A stretch of 35,897 bases of DNA from Welwitschia mirabilis (lineage: Eukaryota). The stretch is from the NCBI GenBank assembly GCA_051453625.1, contig JBOZIK010000001.1:4944485-4980381 (forward strand), read 5' to 3'. The position numbers were made by a program, and so were the translations under genes. Under the pieces are notes generated by a model that saw only the letters and a list, made by a program, of their open reading frames with translations, was not told where the DNA came from and did not search any database. Numbering within the stretch: the first letter of the stretch is position 1; each line of letters starts with the position of its first letter. Of the stretch, positions 11,290-22,993 are shown in pieces.

Positions 11290-12799
11290 CCTCATAATTA
11301 AGGAGTAGTGTTCATAATCCAGGTGATGGGGCTAGGTGGGAGGAACATTACATAACTAGTGGAACCACATATATACATGTATACACCACAACCATAGGGT
11401 AAGATGAGGAATAGTCAATGGTATAGTACATCACTTCAGCAGTTATTCAGCACATAGGTTCCATAAAACCAATAGGGAGTTGTTTCATATCTGGGAGTTC
11501 TGATGCCGTGCCATCAAGGTAGTCAAGAAGCACTGAGCACAAGTTAGCGACCCCCATCCTAGGTAAGTAACAAGCAAGCAAACCCTAGGTAAGTAATGAG
11601 ATAAGGATTGTTCATGCTACTACTTTTCTTAACTGAAGAAACAAAATAAGTGAGGCATGTAAGACCTATGTTCCATTATCATTTTCACATTATATATGAG
11701 ATGTAAATTTATTAATAAGTGAAAATAGGAAAACATATTTAAAAAATAGGAAATAAGAGTATAAACGAGGAAAAATGGTTATCACACAGATGTCACAAGG
11801 TAACATTCACATGATATGCCAACAATTTTATATATGGAGGTAAAGGAATAAAAAAATTTTGATTAAGGATTACTAATAACTAATGAGGTTTGATAATTAT
11901 AAGGAAGCATAATGCAGTATCTTATGTTATCAAGTAAAGCCTTTGTATCCCTTTTTATAAGCCCATTACATGTAGTCAATGATGTGATAAATTGTTGGTT
12001 CCCTAGCTACCAACTGTTACATGCCATTGATGAGTGATAGATGGAATCATAGATAACTTAAAGTTCCTTTTAGCTATCATCTTTCATAGATTTTTAATAT
12101 TGAGAGAAATAAATGCCATTAGAATCATGATTATAACATGATAAAATTATAAAGTTTAAAAACTATAAAAAATGAAAAGAAAGGACAAAAGCACTAATTT
12201 TATTTTATCCCCTCCCCATTGAAATTATACACCCACTATAATATGAAGTCATCATTTTCCTTGATTCTCATATTCATTTTTCATTAGAATCGACATGTTN
12301 NNNNNNNNNNNNNNNNNNNNNNNNNNNNNNNNNNNNNNNNNNNNNNNNNNNNNNNNNNNNNNNNNNNNNNNNNNNNNNNNNNNNNNNNNNNNNNNNNNNT
12401 TCTCATATCCATTTTTCATTAGAATCGACATGTTGCAGTGCTTAATAGTGTGGGTAAGACTTAATCTGTTTTCTTTTTCCTACATTAATATTATTTTCTA
12501 ATGTAAAATTAGTTAAATTTTACTATGAAATTAGGGTTCTATTTAAATAAATTATTTTCAATCATTTCTCATTTAATATCTTGGGAATTTGAATTCTATT
12601 TTTTAAAAATTAGATTTTCAACAATACTAATTTATGTTTGAAATTTTAAGGAATGGGTAAACATTCATAAATTCAATATTTATTTTATAGAATAGCCAAC
12701 CTATTAATACTAAATGTTTTTTTTCTCTTTTAAAGTTAATTCTCATACAAGTTTCAATGTATTTTTAAATTTATTATGAACTTCTGCTAATGCATAGAG

Positions 12800-14950
12800 T
12801 AGAGGTAACAAACTTTATTTTTCTAGGATAAACAACCCACATATAATAGTCAAACTAATGTAAGCATAATGACATAGGCTTTAACCCTATATTAATCCTC
12901 TCAACTAGTTATCACTATAGCTCCTCTTACCTAGTAGACTTTACTAGCCCTATATGCTACTTCACAAGTAATAGTTAATAAGTAGAGGAGGTTATAAAAG
13001 GCATTAGTGATTTCAAAAAAGGATCCTAGAGCATGGACAAAGATAATTATCGAATTCTTGGTTTAGAAAATGACACATTGCAATTTGGTGTGATTCATGT
13101 GACATTTGCATAAAAAGTACTATCCTAACTAGGTGTGATAATACTATAGAAAAATGACTTCATGCTATCACCACTTTATCATTAAGGATTCCAACTAGTT
13201 GTAATGAGAAATTATCATTAAATAATAGGTTGGATACATAGAGATAGAGATCACTATATTTATAGATGCCTTCCTTTAGAATTTCAAATGAGGGAACTAG
13301 AATCTATATTAATTAGAATACTAAGGAGTATAAATTGAAGTTTTTAGGGTAATTACTGAATATGAGATAACCTTTGAAGAATTAAGTTTAGCACTTAAGA
13401 AAGGTACCTCAATTTAGGCTCTACATCCTATGGGTCACATGTTATTTAAATTAATTACCTCCAATATTAATCTCATAACTCACATAACAAACTTGATAAC
13501 ATTTCATGGAAAGTTACTTCTACCTCTTTAAAATGAGGAGTTATATAATTTTGCATAAGCTATTTTGAAACTTATGAAATATGTATAATAACCTTATATT
13601 ATTATCGCATTTCCATTTTTGATTAATGAAATTTTACGAGTGAAAAATATGCCTAAATCCACTTATAAATCTTTAGTATTAATGGTAATATTGACTATAA
13701 GGAATCTCATGAAAATTCACCTTATAGAAAGATGGGAAGTACAACCTTAGAACCACCATGGAAATAGCTAGATGCCATTCTTATAACATTTCTTACAAAG
13801 AAATTTAATCTTTTAAGATAGCATATCCATGGCACAAGAAAGTAGCTTCATCAACAAATATAAAATTTAAATTCTAGAGTTACTGATCTAATAGGAGAAG
13901 TTAAGGAAATCAAACTACATCTAGGTCTTGATATTAGATGAGAAATGAGCTCATCACCTCCTACAAAAGGAGAGGACTCTTAAGAAATGGATATATAATT
14001 ATTTTAGTGTAATTTATAGTAGATGACATAATCATTATGTACAATTTTAAAAGAATTTAATATAATTTTTTTCTATTTGTTCCCTAAGCATGTTTCTACA
14101 TTTTTATTTTCATTAATAAAAATTTAAATCAATACTTAATTAAGTGATTAAGGGACTATCATAGATTGAAAAGGTATGTGATAAGATCATGAATTTTACT
14201 AATTAACTATGAATTGCATCATTAGAACAAGCATCAAAATAACTATATTTTGTTGAAATTGTAACAAGTAGGGATAACATTAATCTTCACTACGATGGTG
14301 ATGAAAAATAACTTTTTAAAAGGTTAAAATGATTTTTCTAATTTATCAATAGGATTATTGATTATTGTTAATCCTATGATAAGGAACTCTGAACTAGCAA
14401 GTTCTATAGGCTTATTACAATAAGAAAATCATGTGATAAATGACCATCAATGATTAATAGAAATAACAAAAAGATTAGTTTAAAGTTATTAACGCAATGT
14501 CATAATAAAAAGCTAATAGACCATGAACAATTATTGATTGTTTGATGATAAGATACTAACTTAATAACTTGGAGATAACTCCAAATATAGGTTAAGTAAG
14601 CATAAAAATGTCATGGTGCGAGATCCATGCAATGAACTTTATTAATTATTAATATCTTCACAACAAAATTTTAAGTTAGAATGAGAATGTAATGTGATAA
14701 GTAAGGAGGAATTAACAAACTTTTGATAATATGAACTATTGACTATTAATAAATCTTAAAATGAAATTTAATTACAAGTTTCTTATAATGCAATAATGTT
14801 TAATACATGATCAACCTAGGAAATCATGAACATATCAATGATTGATAGGATTTTCACCTAATATCGATAGTTAGTTAATAAGGATCAAACATTTAGAACA
14901 TCTTATCAATAATCAATTTGGTATGTAATAAAGAAATATAAGAAAATGAT
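12800..14950 (+). pseudogene. Decayed env-like / putative plant transposon protein ORF (PF20167-like)
   Basis: Reads KYYPN*V**YYRKM (13115 on; cf. YPxLVREFYxN), ISNEG (cf. IPNEG), and LHPMGHMLFKLITSNINLITHITNLITFHGKLLLPL*NEELYNFA*AILKLMKYV**PYIIIAFPFLINEILRVKNMP (13421-13654; cf. ..NI.P..H.....LLY.L....INF...I...M......LPFP.LIT.IL). Boundaries are approximate. Confidence 0.65.
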
Positions 14951-15739
14951 AAGAAGTCAAAGTAGAAAATTAGTATTAAATTAATTTGTATTCCAAATTC
15001 TATATTCTCATAGTTGTTTTGCTATGTATGTCATTATAAACCTTACCTAAATTCTCTTACAACTTAAGTATAAATGAAACCTCTGTTTATTTGAAAAGAA
15101 GCTTAGAATTAAAAATTTTCTTAAAAATTTAATTCAATTTTTCTTATAATCTATTTTTATATACAATAAAGAATTAGTTTTAGAGATTATTTTTTACATA
15201 TTGAATTTGACTTCATGACATATGTTACATTTAAGGTTTTCTTATTAAAATGCTATCAGAGTACTTCGAAATCAAGTTCTTTAATTTAGTTGCTATTTCT
15301 ATTTTTTCCTCTAATTATTTATTATAGTATAATTAAGTGTAAAAGTTGTAGTTGAATTTCCAATTTTATTTTAATTTGAATAGCAAACCTTTATTTAGTA
15401 TTTTTTTTAGTTTCATATAAAATTTTTACACATATAACTATTCTACACCAGATGATTTCTAGTGTAAATTAATATTTTATTTTATTATGTGATATGCTAT
15501 TGATTCATATATTCATTAAGAACCAATTTTTAGGTCATTCTATTATACTTTCATGCATTATTAATAAGGTAATAGACTATTAGCATGGTAAAAGCAATAT
15601 GTTCATCTTTCTTTTTATGTACATAGTTAAGTTGAAATCAAGTAGTTCTTTTTTTTTTATTTTTCATAATGAAATTTCTTTGTAATTTAAGTTATTTTAT
15701 TTATTATGTAAAATAAGAAATTAGATTCACTTGATTACT

Positions 15740-18480
15740 AAATCCTAGTTTGTATTATATTAAACCACATCCAAAAACTTCTTAGGATATGACAAAACTG
15801 GTCATGATTAGCTTAGCTAGTTTTTCACCTCTTGTTATATTTCATAATGTACTTTACTTTTATAGTTAAGAAGACTATGGATTTTTACTTCTTACTACTC
15901 CAAGTAATCAAACAACTTACTAGGAAATAGTAGCATCTACTTGTTCTTCTTTTATTATCCTTATAATTTATCCAATATTATGGGTTTTTGTTTAATGTTT
16001 TAATTAGTTCCATTAGTGTCCCCTTTGATTTAACATCCTAAATCATGTACATCTTCAGGATATTCTTAATGTATTTATTATAAGACATGAACATTCCTTC
16101 TTTTATTTGATACACTTCTATCTCAAGAAATTTTATAATTTTCCCTACCATTCTCATCTTAAGTTTTTTCTATCTAAGATTAGCAAACTCCTTATACAAG
16201 GTTTTGTTAGTAGCTCCAAAACTTATATAGTCAATAAATAGTTGAACAAAAATTAAGTAATTACCAAATTACCTTACAAAAATTATCATAATAGCTATCC
16301 ATGTCTTAAATCCATTATTGAAAGAATGTTTTAACAATCATTCATACCATGTTTATGAGGCTTGCTTCAATTCATATAGTTCATTTTTAAAAAGATACAC
16401 ATAACCAAAATGGTATGGATTAGTAGAACCTTTAGGTTGTTTGACATATATCTTTTTCTATATTACCTTATTTATAAAGGCACTCTTAACATTCATTTGA
16501 TTTAAGAGCATGTGAATAGAGTTGATTTGTGTAATAATTGTAAACGTTTCTTCAAACTTAGTCCCTTTTTGTTGATTGTGTTTCTTTGTCACTAATCTTG
16601 TTTTATTTCTTATTATACTACTCTCATTTTTTATTTAATTTTTGAAGATACATATTATTATAATAATGAATTTGTCTATGTGATCCAGGAACCAATTATC
16701 TTACATGACATCTTTCAAGCCAAGTAATTTTTTATTACATGAGTTTCACTGAACTTTCATCATTTTTAGCTTCCCTGAAGCTCTTGGAATTCACTTGTGA
16801 TAGAGATAGGGCTACATATGAACATAACTCATAAGAAGTTCATCTTGTTTTCACATCATTGTAAGAGGTTCCATTATGTTACTAGTAAAATATGATTTTT
16901 TGATTCTTATTCTTTTAGATGGCTATGGTAATTGTGGCTCTTTCTCAATATTATCATCTGGCATTTTCTACTTTCTTAGTTACTATTTTTCAATCATCTC
17001 CCTCTTCATTGTATAAGAAATAATTCCTTATATTAGTGACATTACATCTAACATTAACTGTTTCTTCTATCATGAAACTCCTTTTGTTAAAAACTCTATA
17101 GGCCTCACTAACTATAGAATAATCAAGTAAAATACCTTCATCACCCTTAAAATTTCTTAGATGATTTTTATTATTTAAAATGTAACATTTTAAACCAATA
17201 CATGAAAGTAACTTACCAAAGTTTTTCTACCATCTTATAATTCATTAGAAGTATTAGTTGTAAATTGTCTTACTAGTCCTAGATTTAACATATATCATAT
17301 AGAGTTAATGACTTCTCTCTAAAGGTGATATACCTCTTGATCATGGAGAAAGGTTATGTTCATGTTATTTAGCTATCTGTTATTACATTTTACAACTCCA
17401 TTTTATTTAGGTTTTCTTAGAGCTAAGAACTAGCATTGACTTCCATAAGTATTAGAAAAGGCTCTAAATCCTACATTTTTGAATTCTTCTTTGTTATTAC
17501 TATTGCTTTTTTAATGGAAAATTATTTTTAACTTAGAAAAATAGTTAAATGTCCCATCCTTATGTGTAAGAGAGGATATCCATTTAAAATGTAAAAATCA
17601 TCAACTATAGTAATGTCATACCTCTTCCTTTTAAGACTTTGAGTCTGTAAGTGTCCAAAAAGATTAATGTGTAAAACATATAAAGGATGAGAAATAAAGA
17701 GAAAGTTCTCCTTACTAAAAATTATCCTTATCTATTTTCTCTGTTAACAGGCTTCACATACCTAATTACTAAAGTTCTTAATCTTGAAAAGGCATCTTAC
17801 TAAGTCCTTTGATGTGAGAATCTTCATTATATTCATGTTCACATAACCAAGCTTTCTATGTCATATGCTTCCATCTCTTGTAGAAGCTTACCTCCTTTTA
17901 TAATACTAATAACTTTGATGAATGCTTCCATAACAATATAAGAATCTATTATTTATAGACTATATGTTTCTATTTACTACACATAGTGCCACCTAAGTAA
18001 GCATGATTATATATCTTCTCTTTAACGCCCATTTCCAAGTGGCTCTCACCTACATAGAACTTCTACCTAATATCTTATCTTTTTTAACACACTTAATAGG
18101 ACTATAAGATTTAAATTTCAAAGGACTACTCTATTGAAAATGAAATCTATATTTATAATAATAGCAAGTGATATTTTTTTTATTCATGTTAAGTGTTCAA
18201 ACCTGAGAATCTAGTTCCCTTTTGAAGAGATGTTGTTTAAGCCACTAGATAAAGCATAATGTATTTCAAGGCCACTTTTGTTTAGTCTGCTTCTTCCTTA
18301 ATAAAGCATGATATTTAAGGGCTTTTACCCCTATGTAAAGTGTTCATTTATTTTCTTGTTATCAATTGAGCTCTTTTTTAAGAGTCTCATTCTCACTTAT
18401 TGCTTTACCAACCTTAGTCTTCAAGGTTAGTTAATTTTGTGGTTTATATTAAAAAAGGAAATTTATGAAACTAGAGTCAT
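15740..18480 (-). mobile_element. Degenerate Ty1/copia pol (PR-INT-RT-RH), SIRE/Maximus-like
   Basis: Minus strand shows the GAG-pre-integrase HRKLGYVNMNN..VCEAC and integrase PK*NGVV, KCYILNNK..DEGILLDYSIVSEAYRVFNKR. RT reads IIRNKTRLVTKKHNQQKGTKFEETF, QMNVKSAF, LYELKQAS*TWYE and VQLFIDYISFGATN. RNase H reads RRTSRCYYFLVSCLITWSSKK. Internal deletions; no LTRs identified. Confidence 0.85.
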
Positions 18481-19329
18481 AATAGTATTTATTCAAAAAA
18501 TATNNNNNNNNNNNNNNNNNNNNNNNNNNNNNNNNNNNNNNNNNNNNNNNNNNNNNNNNNNNNNNNNNNNNNNNNNNNNNNNNNNNNNNNNNNNNNNNNN
18601 NNNNNNNNNNNNNNNNNNNNNNNNNNNNNNNNNNNNNNNNNNNNNNNNNNNNNNNNNNNNNNNNNNNNNNNNNNNNNNNNNNNNNNNNNNNNNNNNNNNN
18701 NNNNNNNNNNNNNNNNNNNNNNNNNNNNNNNNNNNNNNNNNNNNNNNNNNNNNNNNNNNNNNNNNNNNNNNNNNNNNNNNNNNNNNNNNNNNNNNNNNNN
18801 NNNNNNNNNNNNNNNNNNNNNNNNNNNNNNNNNNNNNNNNNNNNNNNNNNNNNNNNNNNNNNNNNNNNNNNNNNNNNNNNNNNNNNNNNNNNNNNNNNNN
18901 NNNNNNNNNNNNNNNNNNNNNNNNNNNNNNNNNNNNNNNNNNNNNNNNNNNNNNNNNNNNNNNNNNNNNNNNNNNNNNNNNNNNNNNNNNNNNNNNNNNN
19001 NNNNNNNNNNNNNNNNNNNNNNNNNNNNNNNNNNNNNNNNNNAGTAGTATGCTTAATTAAGCATCATTAATATTAAAATTTATAATAAAGTTCCACTTAG
19101 CTCCTTACAAACAAGGATTTCAATGCAAATTTCATACTTTTATTTAATAAAAAACCATCATACATTTTATCCAATGGTATTTTCAAGTGTAAGATGAAAC
19201 ATTTAAATTTATGTTATACATCATAGTTTACTTGTCCTAACCCACTACATTTTTTTCTTATTATTACATGATTGTCATACAGATGGCTATTATAGGTTAT
19301 ATTAGTTTAGGTAGTATAAAGTTTCTTCC

Positions 19330-20420
19330 TCCTTATTCTCTAATTCTTCATTTTTTTAAATATTTTCAAAGATAGTAATGTATTTTGGCTTATCTACTAT
19401 ATACTTCCATAGATGTTCATCAAAGTTGTTACACTTGGAAATGCTTCACTATTTATAAATCCCTTCTTGATGAATCTCATACCATATGTAATTATAACCT
19501 TTTTATTTTTAAAATTATTCTACAAAAATAATCATATACGATTTTTTATCATATTGTTACTTATTTGAATATCACAATAAAGATATGTTTCAATGTTCTA
19601 AAATAATTGAGATTTATTTTCTTCTCATGTTAATTATCATAATATGTTTTCCTTNNNNNNNNNNNNNNNNNNNNNNNNNNNNNNNNNNNNNNNNNNNNNN
19701 NNNNNNNNNNNNNNNNNNNNNNNNNNNNNNNNNNNNNNNNNNNNNNNNNNNNNNCCTTTTAAACTTTTAAAGACAAATGGTTTCCAATGAAATATTTACT
19801 TAATATAATTTAGTCTTATCATTAAATCTCTATATTTTCTTAGAATAGAATAAGCTTAACTCATTATTTAAGGATCTTATTTGTTTTTTCTATAGTTTTT
19901 TTTTTATTTTTTTAATATGGATAAAGGATTTTGATTACTAATTGTTAGCTATATTTTCAAATATTTCTTTAGCTATGTCTCTAACTATATCATCTTTAAG
20001 TTAAACTACGTCATCACTCATCTTAACTTAGAATAAGGCTTAATATTTATGTAACATTATAATCATCTATTATAAGTGGAAATGTAAATGTCTTTTATTA
20101 GTAATTATTATTTCCATTAAATCAATGTCTAAATGAATTACTTCAAGTAGTTATATGATTATGAAATGTATAATAAGTGGTTATATGATCTTTCTATTTT
20201 ATATTCATTATAGTTGTATGATCTATTTGAACTCCTTAGCTTAAACATTTTATTTATTATTTTATATGTATGAAATATACATCTATAAGTTACATGCTTT
20301 AAATGTTTATGTCACTATTTAATACCAATTTTAGAAGTTGAAAGCATGACATTGTTATATGTATCAAAGGCATATATCATGTTCATATTCATTCATGTAG
20401 CTATTATCATGCTTGAACTA
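19330..20420 (-). mobile_element. Possible highly decayed MULE-like transposase fragment with SWIM zinc finger
   Basis: Minus strand reads LKHVTYRCIF and HFIII*LLEVIHLDIDLMEIIITNKRH (cf. HFIVKRL....LIIYNQDKH of plant SWIM/MULE proteins). Near 19450-19500 it reads YNYIWYEIHQEGIYK, which becomes CNC...GICK with G>A reversion. Weak, by eye only. Confidence 0.35.
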
Positions 20421-20751
20421 TCTATAATTATTTTATTAAATATAATATGATATTACGCTTTCTGTTAAGATGGAAATGAAACATTATAATAGAATTTAAA
20501 TAATTAATTAATATTATTAATCATTCTGAAATTTATATTATTTAATTATATTAACTTCTTTAGAATCTATGGTTTAAACATTAGTTATTTTACTAGATTT
20601 ATCATATTCATAAAATAATTTGTTTCTATTGAATAAATGTTTTAAATTATCAAAACCAATATAAATATAAGAATAGGAATTTGTATTCTTAGTAATGATG
20701 TGTAGATAATTACAATTAAAAACTAAGATAGCAAAGATAATGATAATGCCC

Positions 20752-20774
20752 TTATTATTATTATTATTATTATT
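20752..20774. repeat. (TTA)n microsatellite
   Basis: About seven TTA units directly visible. Confidence 0.9.
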
Positions 20775-22659
20775 TTATTAATACAAGATTTTCTTAAAAA
20801 ATATTTGGCATGCCTTCTTTCTTATTTCTCTTCTTATATCTTGTTTTCTAATCTTTTATCTTTTTAATTGTATACATTAGTTTAAGAGTTCTCCATTTGA
20901 TATTTAACCTTACTGTAGATGGTATAAAATGTATTATATCTTATCCCTCTTTTTCTTTTCATGGACTAATTATTTCACTTATCAAAATAAAATTTCCTTC
21001 TGTGCTTATATGTAGAGCACATCTCGTACCTAGATTCTAATCGTTATCTTGTGAGCTCACAGAAACTTAGCCAACTATTTGTAAGAAGTTTTATTAATGT
21101 TTATCTTGTTATATTTAATAAGGATAGTAACAAATCCATATTATGGGGGAAGATCCTACACCAAATAGTGCTTCAAGTTTGTATATATACTATTTCTTCA
21201 TTGAGCTTACAACTATGTAATGTGTATATCACTTTGATTAACTAGTATAGCTAAGGACTCTTATATAGTGTACTTCAAGATTTTCAATTTCTTTAATAGC
21301 ACTCTCAAGCTCACTCATAATACTAAACACATTTCACAATTTCACCTCATATCATGCACTCTTTGATTAGCATGATATGTTTAGTACTATTTATAAGACT
21401 TCCTCAAATGATAATTTTCCAGTATGCATTTGATATTAAAGAGGTAACAAATTATAATAATAATGTGTAGGTATTAAAGAAATGTAATGTATTGTTGTGC
21501 ATATAATGTTATAAAAATATCGCTTCTCCTCTGTTTATAGAAATCCTCCATTTAGAAGGTCATGAGTTTGAATCTTTAAATGACTTATGTAGCTTACTAT
21601 GTGGCCTTAGGGGTATTTAAACCTTTTTTGTAGGAGATCATGGTGGATTTACTCCTAAGGGGTAGGTACAATCACTAAAAATTTTGGGTTTGATACTCCC
21701 TCATAGCAAGTAAAGGCTTCAATATCTTCATTAGAAGTTACATTTACACATATTTAGGAGGAGAAGATTTAGATTAGTCATTGTAAATTAGAAATATAAA
21801 TATATTTGAAGGGGTGTTGAATCTTCAATATTAACTTAATATTTACTTTTAAAAATATCCCAAATACATATTAGGTAAAACATTAAGAAGACTATAACAA
21901 GGCTATAAAGATAATGTAATTTGGAGAGGGAAAAAAGGTCCCTGTAATAAGGCAATACATCATGATAACCAAAGATAAAGTCTTTGAAAGTAATAAAAGA
22001 AATCTATACATATTTGAATCTTTTACATGTATTTTCAAAATACCTTAAAGTTTATTTCTACTTTCTTAATACCAGGTCAAAGTCCAAAATGCTAACTTTA
22101 AATGGTCTATGAAGCTTTGAATAATAATAATGTAATTTGGCTTGATAATCCTCACATGTTGAAAGCTTCCTTTGGAGGGAGAGAATAATTTTCATTACTT
22201 ATATGAAGAAAGTATAATAATAAACAAGTAAAAAGCCACTATGGCAGTAAAAATGGTAGCGTAAAAAGCCAAATCAACTTGCCAAGCCACACATAGCCAT
22301 AACAGAAAAGGCATCTATGCAAATTTAATTAACCAACCAAGCAGAAACAAACAACATGGTAAACACCGTGGAAGACTATTAAGAAAACAAATGAGCAATC
22401 ACTCTAACCTAGAGCTTAATTTAAGCCTCTCATTCTTTTTTTCACTTGATTATTGTATGTTAACAGAAATCCAATTAATAGAATTGACTTGGGGTTAAAA
22501 ACACTATAGTCTTGACCAGTTTACTAGAACAGCAAAGTCAAGACACCCTGAACCCAAGTTCAAACTCCCGTGCTGGTGTAAAGAAAATTTGTAGTTAAAT
22601 CTTTGCTTTAGTGAGAATACATTAACACGCATAGGCTCAAGCATTGTTTAGTCGTTGTG

Positions 22660-22993
22660 CAGCACAAAACAAACCAACTTACCTCTTATAAGGAAACACA
22701 AGTAAAAGCACATAAATTTTCAACAATTATAATTGGAAAAAAAAACTATGACACTTAAATAAGTAAATAAATAAAAGAAAGGATGGGACGGCCATAGCGC
22801 GTGGCAGTGCAGTCACCCTTGCCACCTCAAACGCAACACAAACGAAACATTCCAAACCCCAACAACCAACTGTTTGCATGGCCTGCCCTACGTGGACCAA
22901 ACCCAACTAAATCATCTTCGACAATATCGATTCATCAGATAATCAAGACCCTACAAATATTCACTTCACTCCAATCATTCCCCTCACCACAAA
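22660..22993 (+). promoter_or_regulatory. Proximal promoter / 5' UTR of the GMC gene
   Basis: TATA-like CTACAAATA (22951-22959), ACGTGG (22890-22895), GCGCGTGGC (~22797-22805), several ACCAAC AC-element-like motifs and a C/A-rich leader. CpGs are retained. Short motifs are only suggestive. Confidence 0.45.

Noticed and set aside
11320-11600. Possible hammerhead ribozyme or ncRNA in the GC-richer block
   Set aside because: CTGATGCC lacks the CTGANGA core and matching GAAA/stem layout; no structure supportable by eye.
18437-19060. Long ORFs made mostly of X (also 28843-29566 and 12295-12501)
   Set aside because: Artifacts of N gaps.
21000-21480. LTR-like fragment upstream of the GMC promoter
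   Set aside because: No second copy, PBS, PPT or clear termini in the window.
21550-21710. tRNA B-box-like AGGTCATGAGTTTGAATC suggesting a SINE or tRNA
   Set aside because: No convincing A box, cloverleaf, tail or TSD; too decayed to support.
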